Shown one piece after another: positions 30,555-39,211 of a stretch of DNA of 64,000 nucleotides (position 1 is its first letter; each line of letters opens with the position of its first letter). The stretch is from positions 78,681 to 142,680 of the forward strand of contig JAPPGU010000036.1 of assembly GCA_028821265.1 (NCBI GenBank), in the 5' to 3' direction. The translations under genes and the position numbers were made by a program. The notes under the pieces were generated by a model, which was not told the origin of the DNA, made no database searches, and saw nothing but the letters and a program-made list of their open reading frames with translations. The stretch is from a bacterium (GTDB lineage Bacteria > Actinomycetota > Acidimicrobiia > Spongiisociales > Spongiisociaceae).

Positions 30555-31424
30555 CTACGGGCGGTTTGAACGGGCCGCGCTGACCAGTCGGTGGATCTCG
30601 ACCCCGTCCTCGCTGCCACTCTCGCACGCCTGCGCCCAACCGGCGGCGTCCGAACGGTACGTGTCATCCTCGATGGTGACGGATGCCCCTTGGCGGAGAA
30701 GGTGCCGTACCATTTCGAGTTGGCCGAACTGGATGGCGAAGTGCAAGGCGGTCGTATTCCGGTACGGGCGCGCGTCGACATCCACCCCCGCACCCAGGAG
30801 GTAATCGACGACCTCCTTCCGGTCGTTGGCCGCGGCCAGCACGAAGGCCTCGTCCAGGACTTCTGCCGGGTCGTCGGTCGGCGGACGGCCGACAGGTCTG
30901 CCCACGTCGGCCCAGTCCGGCCGGTAGGGGCCCGGGTCCGCCAGCAGCGAACCGTCGGTCGCCACCCAATTCCTGACCATCGGCAGCAGGCCCGCAGCCG
31001 CGGCCAGCCAAAGCGTGTGCCGGTGGAGTCCATGCTCTACCAGCACGTCGGCGGCCTCGGTGGAGCCGTGCATGGCGGCCGACTCCAGCGGCGTGATGCC
31101 AGCGTCGGCTCGGGCGGTAGGGTCGGCGCCGGCCGCCAGGAGTTGGGAGCAGAGGTCCGCCAAGTTCCAGCAGGCAGCGAGATTCAAGGCCCGATCCAGT
31201 TCGGCGCCGGCACCGATCAGCACGCCGACTAGTTCGGGTGAGGTAGGTCCGGCCTCGGGTTGCGTCATCAGTTCGAGCAACGTGTTGCCACCCACCGCTA
31301 GGTTCACCACCTCTGGGTCGCTGTCGAGAACCGCTCGAAGCCCGTCCGCGTCGGGGGATCGAATAGCTCGAATAGCGCGGAGCAGTCGCTCCTCCTGCCC
31401 CGGACGTGTTGCGCCCGATCCCAC
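30555..31424 (-). CDS. Ankyrin repeat protein
   Basis: GITPLESAAMHG, LLAAGADPTAR, LLGAGVDVDAR, TTALHFAIQFGQLEMVRHLL. Confidence 0.9.
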   Translation of the reverse strand: MGSGATRPGQEERLLRAIRAIRSPDADGLRAVLDSDPEVVNLAVGGNTLLELMTQPEAGPTSPELVGVLIGAGAELDRALNLAACWNLADLCSQLLAAGADPTARADAGITPLESAAMHGSTEAADVLVEHGLHRHTLWLAAAAGLLPMVRNWVATDGSLLADPGPYRPDWADVGRPVGRPPTDDPAEVLDEAFVLAAANDRKEVVDYLLGAGVDVDARPYRNTTALHFAIQFGQLEMVRHLLRQGASVTIEDDTYRSDAAGWAQACESGSEDGVEIHRLVSAARSNRP

Positions 31425-31448
31425 ACCACGATCGTACTTGTGGTCTGT

Positions 31449-31706
31449 CTAGTCCGGAAAGTGCCTCTCCAGGATGGTCGCGACCGCGGGGGTGATGCCG
31501 GACCAGTCAGCATCGGGGTGCTTGGTGATGGTTACGAAATCGGCTGTCATGAAGACGCTCATGATCCCTTCGATGCCGAACAGCTCGCGGGCCACGGGAT
31601 CGTCTCCGGCATTAGCCGGCACGTAGCTACGAGGACCGCCCACCTCTACCCCGACGCCGAACTTCAGCGCGTTGGGGTTGGGGGTGTATTGGGGGACGAT
31701 CGGCAC
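31449..31706 (-). CDS. Nfu/NifU N-terminal domain protein
   Basis: TPNPNALKF, LFGIEGIMSVF, DFVTITK, DW; GGAGG upstream. Confidence 0.9.
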   Translation of the reverse strand: MPIVPQYTPNPNALKFGVGVEVGGPRSYVPANAGDDPVARELFGIEGIMSVFMTADFVTITKHPDADWSGITPAVATILERHFPD

Positions 31707-31776
31707 CGGACCTCCTTTGCAGGGGATGCTAATCCCATCCCCTGTTGCTCAACCTCTAGAGCACTACCATCACCTC

Positions 31777-31941
31777 GTGGTCTCCCTGCGAAGCAACCAG
31801 GCGTGCTCTGGCGGTCACCGGCGTCCCGTCGCTGCGTTCCGCTTCCTCAACGTACCGCTGTGGGTACGCCTTCGTCAGCGGGCCTTGCGAGGAACTCCGC
31901 TGCCGACGCCATACAACTCCGCCGTTCCACAGGCAGACCAC
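31777..31941 (+). mobile_element. Palindromic MITE-like element, family B copy 1 (165 bp)
   Basis: GTGGTCT...AGACCAC termini followed by TAG; internal CGTACC-GCTGTG-GGTACG hairpin; closely similar to 36446-36608. Confidence 0.85.
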
Positions 31942-31943
31942 TA

Positions 31944-33368
31944 GTGGTCTCGTCCCTCGAACTCGAGCTCCGGCGCCGGCTCGGCGACGAGCAGGTGGCC
32001 TCCGATCCGCTCGACCTGTACGTGTTCGGCAAGGACTCCGGACTCGTGCGCGGCGAGCCGGGCCTGGTGGTCTTCCCCCGCAGTACCGGCGAGGTGGCCA
32101 CGATCATGCGCCTCGCCGGGCGTCACCGCGTGCCGGTGGTACCGCGCGGATCGGGAACCGGCCTGGCAGGTGGAGCGGTCACCACCGGGCCCCACGTGCT
32201 ACTGGTCACCACCCGCATGAACCGGATCGGCCCCGTCGATGTTGAGAACAGGTGCGTCTGGGTGCAGCCCGGGGTCATCAACCTGGACCTCAGTGTCCAC
32301 ACCACCCCGTTCGGGCTCCACTACGCGCCCGATCCCTCCTCCCAGTCGGTATGCACGATCGGAGGCAACGTGGCCAACAACTCGGGAGGGCCGCACTGCC
32401 TGGCCGAGGGCACCACCGTCAACCACGTGCTGGCGATGGAGATCGTGACACCGGACGGCGACATCGTGACGATAGGCGGGCCGGCGCCGGATCCGATCGG
32501 GCTCGATGTACGCGGCTTGATGGTGGGCTCCGAGGGAACGCTCGGCATCGTCACCGACGCCCTGGTGAACCTGCTCCCCAACCCGCCCGCGTCCCGCACC
32601 ATCCTCCTCGCCTTTCCCGAGGTGCAGAACGCGGCCGCCACCGTCTCGGGGATCATCGCCAACGGGCTGATCCCGGCAGCCCTCGAGATGATGGACCAGC
32701 CGATGACGATCGCGGTGGAGCGTTTTGCGAATGCCGGCTTTCCAACCGAGTCGGCGGCCGTGCTGATCGCCGAGGTGACCGGACATCCGTCAGCGGTGGA
32801 CGCCGAGGCCGAGCTGGTGCGCCGGCTGGCCGTCTCCCATCGGGCCACCCTGACCCGGATAGCCTCCGACGAGGCCGAACGGAAGCGGATCTGGTTGGGT
32901 CGCAAGTCGGCCTTCGGCGCCATCGCCCAGATGAATCCCGACTATTACCTGCACGACACGGTGGTACCCCGGACCCGGCTTGTGGAAGCCATAGAAGAGA
33001 CCTATGCCATCTCGAAGCGTCACGGCATCCCGATGCTGAACGTCTTCCATGCCGGTGACGGCAACCTGCACCCGCTCATGTCGTTCGATGCTTCCGTGCC
33101 AGGGGTCATGGAGCGGGTGGACGCTGCCGGGAGAGACCTCATCGAGATGTGCGTAGCCATCGGCGGTTCGCTGTCCGGTGAGCACGGCATCGGCATGGAG
33201 AAGCGGGATTACATGCCCCTGGTCTTCGACGAGATGGGCCTCGATGCCCAGGCGCGCATCCGCGAGGCTTTCGATCCCGACGGAAGGCTGAACCCCGGCA
33301 AGATCGTGCCACAGGGCTCACGATGCTTCGACTTCGGCCGTCCGCCACCGGTGGGGGTCTGGGTTTGA
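31944..33368 (+). CDS. glcD: Glycolate oxidase FAD subunit GlcD-like
   Basis: PRGSGTGLAGGA, YAPDPSSQ, GSEGTLGIVT, FHAGDGNLHP, SGEHGIG, LNPGK; the longer ORF from 31440 runs antisense through another gene and a repeat, so start set at GTG 31944. Confidence 0.92.
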   Translation: MVSSLELELRRRLGDEQVASDPLDLYVFGKDSGLVRGEPGLVVFPRSTGEVATIMRLAGRHRVPVVPRGSGTGLAGGAVTTGPHVLLVTTRMNRIGPVDVENRCVWVQPGVINLDLSVHTTPFGLHYAPDPSSQSVCTIGGNVANNSGGPHCLAEGTTVNHVLAMEIVTPDGDIVTIGGPAPDPIGLDVRGLMVGSEGTLGIVTDALVNLLPNPPASRTILLAFPEVQNAAATVSGIIANGLIPAALEMMDQPMTIAVERFANAGFPTESAAVLIAEVTGHPSAVDAEAELVRRLAVSHRATLTRIASDEAERKRIWLGRKSAFGAIAQMNPDYYLHDTVVPRTRLVEAIEETYAISKRHGIPMLNVFHAGDGNLHPLMSFDASVPGVMERVDAAGRDLIEMCVAIGGSLSGEHGIGMEKRDYMPLVFDEMGLDAQARIREAFDPDGRLNPGKIVPQGSRCFDFGRPPPVGVWV

Positions 33369-34447
33369 GCCTCGCCAGCTCGACGGACGGGGTCTCGGGC
33401 CTACCGACCGCCACGCCCGAGACCATCGAGGAGGCGGCCGGCCTGATGGCCAACCTGCCGGCCGGAGGAGACCGCATCCGGATCCACGGCGGTGGCTCCC
33501 ACCGGGGCATCGGATACCCGGTGACCTCCGACGTGGTCCTTTCCACGTCCCGGCTGGATCGCGTGGTGGCGTGGGAGCCGGACGACCTGACCGTGGTGGT
33601 GGAGGCCGGGGTGCTGGTCGAGGAACTCGAGCAGATGCTGGCGTCGAAGGGCCAGACCGCCCTGCTGCCCGAGCAACCTGGAACCGGCACGGTGGGCGGC
33701 GCGATCGCCACCGCCATATCCGGATGGCGGCGTTACCGGTACGGCCCGATCCGGGACCGGGTGCTGGAGACGACCCTGGTGTCCAGCGATGGGCGGGTGG
33801 TCACCGCCGGCGGCCGGGTGGTGAAGAACGTGACCGGGTACGACATTCCCCGCCTCGCCACCGGCTCGCTCGGAGCCATGGGCCTGATCGCCCGGGTCTG
33901 CCTCAAGTTATGGCCGGTCCCACAGGCATCCGCGACCGTGCCCGTGGAGTCCCCCGAAGAGGCGCTCGAGGTGGCCTATCGGCCTCTGGCCGTATTGGAG
34001 ACCCGGGAGGGCACCGCCGTATTCCTCGGAGGCACCCCCGAGGAGGTGTCAGGCCAGGCTGCCGCGCTGGGCGCCATACCCACCCCGGGGCTCAACTGGC
34101 CGGACCATCCGTCCGGAGCGGTTCGCTTCTCGGTGCGGACCCCGCCTTCGTCCCTGCGTGGCATCGTCGATGGGCTCGACCCGGGCTGGACGTACCTGGC
34201 TCAATTCGGAGTCGGCGAGGTAACGGTTGGCGCCGACGAGGTCGACCTCGAGGAACTCGGCGAGTTGAGGGGCCGGGCCGAGTCCCTCGGAGGGGCTCTG
34301 TTGATGCTGGACGCGCCCCAATCGGTAGCCGGGGCGTTCGACCCGTGGGGAACGCCGCCCCCATCGATCGAGATCCAGCGGCGAGTCGTCAACCTGTTCG
34401 ATCCCGGCCGCAGGATCAACCGGGGCATCCTGCCGGGCCGGATCTGA
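33365..34447 (+). CDS. glcE: Glycolate oxidase FAD subunit GlcE-like
   Basis: WEPDDLTVVVEAG, GGRVVKNVTGYD, GSLGAMG; TTG start overlaps glcD stop. Confidence 0.88.
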   Translation: MSLASSTDGVSGLPTATPETIEEAAGLMANLPAGGDRIRIHGGGSHRGIGYPVTSDVVLSTSRLDRVVAWEPDDLTVVVEAGVLVEELEQMLASKGQTALLPEQPGTGTVGGAIATAISGWRRYRYGPIRDRVLETTLVSSDGRVVTAGGRVVKNVTGYDIPRLATGSLGAMGLIARVCLKLWPVPQASATVPVESPEEALEVAYRPLAVLETREGTAVFLGGTPEEVSGQAAALGAIPTPGLNWPDHPSGAVRFSVRTPPSSLRGIVDGLDPGWTYLAQFGVGEVTVGADEVDLEELGELRGRAESLGGALLMLDAPQSVAGAFDPWGTPPPSIEIQRRVVNLFDPGRRINRGILPGRI

Positions 34448-34448
34448 G

Positions 34449-35696
34449 ATGAGCTGGGTCACCCCTCACGCGCCACGCCCGGACGAACTCTCCTCATGCA
34501 TCCAGTGCGGGCTGTGCCTGCCCAGCTGCCCTACCTTCCGGCTGACCGGACTCGAGACCGCCTCGCCGCGGGGACGGCTGACCGCCATGTCGGCGGTGGC
34601 CGCCGGAAGACCCGTGGACGGCCGCTTCGAGGAGATCATGGGGGCATGCCTGCAGTGCCGCGCCTGCGAGGTCGTCTGCCCGTCGTTCGTTCCGTTCGGC
34701 CGAGCCATGGAGGGAGCGAGAGCCGAGATAGCCGCCCAGACCTCAGGAATCGACCGCCGGCTCCGGCGGCTGGTGACCGCCCGCCTGCTGCGTAGCCGGA
34801 CGGCGGTTCGATTGGGGACGCTGGCCGCATCGATCGCCCAGTCGCTCCAGCTGACCAGGCTGGCGCCGCGCCGGATCCGGGGCAACCTGACCGGGCTCCG
34901 ACCGCTCAAAGCAAGGCCTCCCTCGATCGTGGGGAGGATCAGGGCCGCGGAGGGGGAGAAACGGGGGGTGGCCGCTCTGGTGGCCGGTTGCGTCATGGAC
35001 GCCTGGTTCGGAGATGTTCACACCGCCACCGTCGAGCTGCTGGCGGCGGCCGGGTGGGAGGTCGTCTCACCCCGGGGTCAAACCTGTTGCGGAGCGCTCG
35101 CCGCGCATGACGGCTGGGCGGATGACACCCGGAAGATGGCCTCCGTGAACATGGCGGCCTTCCGGGATGTGGATCTGGTGGTCGTCAACTCGGCCGGATG
35201 CGGGGCCCATATGAAGGAGTACGACCATTGGGTTGACGGCGGGGAGGATCTCGCCGCCAGGGTTGCCGACGTGAACGAGGTGGTGGCGGAGGCGATCACC
35301 GACGGGAGGCTTCCCCGATTGAGCGCCGATGGCGGCCTGGTGGCGGTGCAGGATCCGTGCCATCTCCGGCACGTGCAACGGATTACCGACCAGCCCCGGG
35401 CAATCCTGGCCGCGGCCGGTCTGACCGTGGTCGAGATCGACCCGAGTGGCCTGTGTTGTGGCGCGGCGGGCATCTACAGCGTGCTGGAACCTGAGATGTC
35501 GCGCCGCCTCGGCTCGTCGAAGGCGGGACAGGTGGAAGCGACCGGAGCACCTCTCGTGGCCAGCGCCAATCCGGGATGCGAGATCCAGCTGCGCTCGTAT
35601 CTGAGCGAACTCGGGCACGCGGCCCGGGTCGCTCATCCGGTGGAGATCTACTGGGAAGCACTGCAGCGAGCCGATAGACAGGCTGCCGTGAGGTGA
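34449..35696 (+). CDS. glcF: Glycolate oxidase Fe-S subunit GlcF-like
   Basis: CIQCGLCLPSCP, CLQCRACEVVCP, two CCG domains, QDPCHL, SANPGC. Confidence 0.92.
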   Translation: MSWVTPHAPRPDELSSCIQCGLCLPSCPTFRLTGLETASPRGRLTAMSAVAAGRPVDGRFEEIMGACLQCRACEVVCPSFVPFGRAMEGARAEIAAQTSGIDRRLRRLVTARLLRSRTAVRLGTLAASIAQSLQLTRLAPRRIRGNLTGLRPLKARPPSIVGRIRAAEGEKRGVAALVAGCVMDAWFGDVHTATVELLAAAGWEVVSPRGQTCCGALAAHDGWADDTRKMASVNMAAFRDVDLVVVNSAGCGAHMKEYDHWVDGGEDLAARVADVNEVVAEAITDGRLPRLSADGGLVAVQDPCHLRHVQRITDQPRAILAAAGLTVVEIDPSGLCCGAAGIYSVLEPEMSRRLGSSKAGQVEATGAPLVASANPGCEIQLRSYLSELGHAARVAHPVEIYWEALQRADRQAAVR

Positions 35697-36331
35697 CCGA
35701 CTACCCGCCATACGACCGGCGGCGCCGGAACCTCCTGGAGCTGCTCCCCCAGATCTTCCAGCCCGGTTCCGAGGTCTGGCGGTGGGCGACCATCGGCATG
35801 CAGTCGCTGCGGATGGTGCTCGGGGTGGTCCTGGCGGTCATCGGCACCGGACTCGCCGGAATGGGGATCGGGCTGGCCCTGGGTGGGTTCGGCCTGCTCA
35901 CACTCGACCTGGCGCCGCCCGAGTCCGAAGTCCTGGCGGTCGGGGTAGCAGTGTTGATGCTCGGCGCGGCGGTCATAGGGATGGCCACCGAGTGGGGCCT
36001 CGGGCCCTCCGTTCTGCGGGTGGAGGCCGAGCCGTGGGAGACGCTGCTTACCTGGGTGCCGGCCATTCTGGTCGGCATCTGGGTGACCGGCCGGCTGGCA
36101 GGTTTGGCAACCTCGACGCTGGCCCGCTTCTCCGAATTGTTCGACCTCGTGCCGGCCTATCTGGGCGTGGTCGGCGGCCGGGCCTGGCCGGCAGGCTTGA
36201 TCGCCCTGGCGCTGGCGTGGCCGGCCCTCCAGTACGGAGCACCCCGCTACCCGTGGATCGCCGGCAACGTTGCTTCCCTGCTCTACGCGCCCTGGATGCT
36301 CCTCGTCATCCTGGAATACCGGAGCGGTTGA
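35693..36331 (+). CDS. Hypothetical multi-pass membrane protein
   Basis: 212 aa, about 5 TM helices, 4 nt overlap with glcF. Confidence 0.75.
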   Translation: MTDYPPYDRRRRNLLELLPQIFQPGSEVWRWATIGMQSLRMVLGVVLAVIGTGLAGMGIGLALGGFGLLTLDLAPPESEVLAVGVAVLMLGAAVIGMATEWGLGPSVLRVEAEPWETLLTWVPAILVGIWVTGRLAGLATSTLARFSELFDLVPAYLGVVGGRAWPAGLIALALAWPALQYGAPRYPWIAGNVASLLYAPWMLLVILEYRSG

Positions 36332-36340
36332 GCAGGAGCG

Positions 36341-36444
36341 AGGAGGGTACTGAAAAATGTCCGGTTTGGCCCGTGTTCGATCTCACAACCCCAGGTCAAA
36401 CCGTCGGGGGCCAAATACATTCCCGTCTCTTCCAGCACCCTCCT
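36341..36444 (+). mobile_element. MITE-like inverted-repeat element, family A copy 2 (~104 bp)
   Basis: AGGAGGGTACTGAAAAATGTCC ... TCTTCCAGCACCCTCCT, inner TTTGGCCC/GGGCCAAA. Confidence 0.8.
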
Positions 36445-36445
36445 A

Positions 36446-36608
36446 GTGGTCTGTCGGCGAAACAACCGAGTGCTCTGGCGGCCATCAGCGTCCCGTCGCT
36501 GCGTTCCGCTTCCTCAACGTGCCGCTGCGGGCACGCCTTCGTCAGCGGGCCTTGCGAGGAACACCGCTGCCGACGCCATACCACACCGCCATTCCACAGA
36601 CAGACCAC
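36446..36608 (+). mobile_element. Palindromic MITE-like element, family B copy 2 (163 bp)
   Basis: Perfect 10 bp terminal inverted repeat GTGGTCTGTC/GACAGACCAC, preceded by CTA; internal CGTGCC-GCTGCG-GGCACG hairpin. Confidence 0.85.
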
Positions 36609-36627
36609 AGGCGCCCGGTGGCGAGGC

Positions 36628-38391
36628 CTACATGCGAGCCGGAACTTCGATACCCAGCAGGTCGAGCAGGAGTTCCAGCACCCGGCGCGTGGTCCGGACC
36701 GTCCCCAACCATGAGGACTGCAGCCCGGGGTCGGGCTCGGTCAGGATGTGGCAGGCCTCGTAGAAACGGCTGAAGTCGGCCGCCACCTCGTAGGCGAACT
36801 CAGCCAGATGGTTGGGGGCGCGCAGTTCAATGGCCCGGTCGATCACCTCGGGTAGCTGGAGGAGGCGTAGCACGAGCCTGGTCTCCGTCTCGTGGCGCGG
36901 CGGCAGGACGGTACCCGGCGCCAATCCCTGACGGGAGGCCCGCGCCAGGATCGAATCCATGCGCACGGTCGCCATCTGCAGGTAGGGACCGGTCTTACCT
37001 TCCAGCGCGGTGAAGCGGCGCACGTCGAAGACGTAGTTGGACGTACGGTTGTTGACCAGGTCGCCGAACTTGAGGGCGGCGATCCCGACCTGACGCGCTA
37101 TCACCGCTCGTTCGGCCCCGGGATAGAGGGCTGCCAGATCCGACTCTTCCAGACGGGCCGCCGCGGCGTTCGTGACCATGTCGATCAGGTCTCCCAACCT
37201 GAGCACACCGCCCTCCCGTGTCTTGAAGGGTGTGCCATCAGGCCCGTTCATGGTTCCGAATCCGATGTGCTCCATGGCTGCCCCTCCGGACAGGCCGGCC
37301 CGGCGGGCGGCCCGGAACACCTGCTCGAGGTGGTAGGACTGGCGAGAGTCGACCACGTAGAGGATTAGGTCCGCCCCCAGTTCCGAGACCCTCATCTGGA
37401 TGGTGGCCACGTCGGTGGTGCCGTATAGGAAGGCCCCGTGGGAGGTCTCCAGCACGAGGGGCGTGATCTCGGCCTTGTCGTCAGGCCGGCTCACTTCGAT
37501 CACCACCGCTCCAGCCGACCGGACCGCAATCCCCCGGGCGAGGGTCCCATCCACCATCGGTCGGAGCAGGTCCCGGACCGTGCTCTCCCCGTACCAGAGG
37601 TCGAACTCCACCCCCAGGTCGGAGAAGTCCTGCTCCTGGGAGGCGCGGGACACCCGGACGAAGTGCTCCCAGATGGCCACGTACCCGGGCCGGCCCGACT
37701 GGAGCTCGGTGGTGGCAAGCCGGGCCTCCGCGGCCACCGCCTCGTCATCTGCGACTTGCCGGGCCATCTCCGGATACCACTCCTGGAGATCGGCCAGGGT
37801 GACGTCGAGGGGGTCTTGGTAGGGACCCTCGTAGGATCCGTCGAAGTGAGCCAGGTCGGGATGGCGCCGGCGGGTAGCCACGATGAGCATGCCCATCTGC
37901 AGGCCCCAGTCACCGAAGTGGGCGTCTCCCAGCACCTCGTGTCCGGCGAAGCGGAACAGCCGCTTGAGCGTGTCCCCGATGATCGTGGCCCGAAGGTGCC
38001 CGACATGCATCGCCTTGGCGACGTTCGGCCCCGCAAAGTCCACTATCACGTTAAGCGGTTGCCCGACCGGGGGCACCCCCAACCTCTCGTCCCGCGCCAT
38101 GGCGTCCACGCCGTCGGCGAGGGTCCGACCGGTCACGGTCAGGTTGATGAAACCCGGCCCGGCGATCGAAACCGAAGCGAGCCTGTGGTCGCCCTCGATC
38201 CACCTCACCACTTCCCCGGCTATGTCGCGAGGGCTACGACCGGCGCTCCGAGCGGTGGCCAGCGCGCCGTTGCATTGGAACTGGCCCAGGTCGGGACGAT
38301 CCGAGACTTGAACGCCGCCGAACGAGGCATCGAGACCGGCGGCTTCGAAGCCGGCCGCCACGATCCTGGTCAGATCCGAGAGAAGGCTCAT
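36628..38391 (-). CDS. argS: Arginine-tRNA ligase
   Basis: AGPGFINL, PNVAKAMHVGHLR (HIGH), GDWGLQMG, PFKTREG, EGKTGPYLQ; start ATG 38391. Confidence 0.96.
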   Translation of the reverse strand: MSLLSDLTRIVAAGFEAAGLDASFGGVQVSDRPDLGQFQCNGALATARSAGRSPRDIAGEVVRWIEGDHRLASVSIAGPGFINLTVTGRTLADGVDAMARDERLGVPPVGQPLNVIVDFAGPNVAKAMHVGHLRATIIGDTLKRLFRFAGHEVLGDAHFGDWGLQMGMLIVATRRRHPDLAHFDGSYEGPYQDPLDVTLADLQEWYPEMARQVADDEAVAAEARLATTELQSGRPGYVAIWEHFVRVSRASQEQDFSDLGVEFDLWYGESTVRDLLRPMVDGTLARGIAVRSAGAVVIEVSRPDDKAEITPLVLETSHGAFLYGTTDVATIQMRVSELGADLILYVVDSRQSYHLEQVFRAARRAGLSGGAAMEHIGFGTMNGPDGTPFKTREGGVLRLGDLIDMVTNAAAARLEESDLAALYPGAERAVIARQVGIAALKFGDLVNNRTSNYVFDVRRFTALEGKTGPYLQMATVRMDSILARASRQGLAPGTVLPPRHETETRLVLRLLQLPEVIDRAIELRAPNHLAEFAYEVAADFSRFYEACHILTEPDPGLQSSWLGTVRTTRRVLELLLDLLGIEVPARM

Positions 38392-38417
38392 ACGAACCCG
38401 GCAGGATACAGCAATCA

Positions 38418-38459
38418 CTAGTTGATAGTTGCTAGTTGATAGCTAATAGTTGATAGTTA
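38418..38459 (+). repeat. Heptamer tandem array (C/A)TAGTTG x6, partly degenerate
   Basis: CTAGTTG ATAGTTG CTAGTTG ATAGCTA ATAGTTG ATAGTTA read directly. Confidence 0.9.
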
Positions 38460-38467
38460 TATGGGAA

Positions 38468-39208
38468 CTAGAAACCAAGAGCCATCGCGAACCAGGCGCC
38501 GGCGACCATGAAGGGGCCGAACGGCAGGTGATCGTGGCGGGTGATGCGGCGCAGGGCCAGCAGCAGGACGCCCACTGCTCCGGCCAGCAGGAACGCGCCA
38601 ACCAGGGCCGCCACGGCGGTTGCCCAGCCGCTGTAGCCGGCGAACAGCCCCAGCAGGAGGGCCAGCTTGACGTCGCCCATCCCGATGGCTCCTCGGGTCA
38701 CCAGCGCCGGGACCAGCAGCGCGACGGAGTAACCGAGGCCGCTGGCCAACGCTTCCGGCACGTCGCCGATCCGACCGTCCAGAAGCGCGCCGCCGGAGAG
38801 CAGTAGCAAACCAACCGCGGTGCCGGGTACGAGCACCCGGTTGGGAAGACGGTAGCTCCGGAGATCGACGAAGCTCAGCGCCACCGTCACCGTCACCATC
38901 CAGAGAAACGATGCCAGGGTCCACCGCACACCGACCAACCCGACCGTCCCGGCCCAGGCAACTGCAGTCACCGGCTCCACCAGCCGGTAGAAAGCCCCGG
39001 CCGGCCGGTGGCATCGTGGACAGAAGTCCCCGCTTCCTGCCCACCACCAGAGAGGCACGAAGTCCGCCGGTCGGACGGGACAGCCGCAGGTCGGACGGCA
39101 GGCCAATGCCGACCTGAACGGCGCCCGCTCCAGCTCGGCCCGGATCAGGCTCACCAGCAGTCGGCCCGCAAACAGGCCCAGAACTCCCGCGACCAGGTAG
39201 AGGGGCAC
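38468..39208 (-). CDS. Prepilin peptidase (A24 family)
   Basis: N-terminal Cys cluster, VDLRSYRLPN, GMGDVKL, LPFGPFM; follows aroE as in other Actinobacteria. Confidence 0.9.
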   Translation of the reverse strand: MPLYLVAGVLGLFAGRLLVSLIRAELERAPFRSALACRPTCGCPVRPADFVPLWWWAGSGDFCPRCHRPAGAFYRLVEPVTAVAWAGTVGLVGVRWTLASFLWMVTVTVALSFVDLRSYRLPNRVLVPGTAVGLLLLSGGALLDGRIGDVPEALASGLGYSVALLVPALVTRGAIGMGDVKLALLLGLFAGYSGWATAVAALVGAFLLAGAVGVLLLALRRITRHDHLPFGPFMVAGAWFAMALGF

Positions 39209-39211
39209 CGC

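Noticed and set aside
31440-31943. Apparent 168 aa N-terminal extension of GlcD
   Set aside because: It is antisense to the Nfu-N gene and reads through MITE B; GlcD similarity begins only near 31944.
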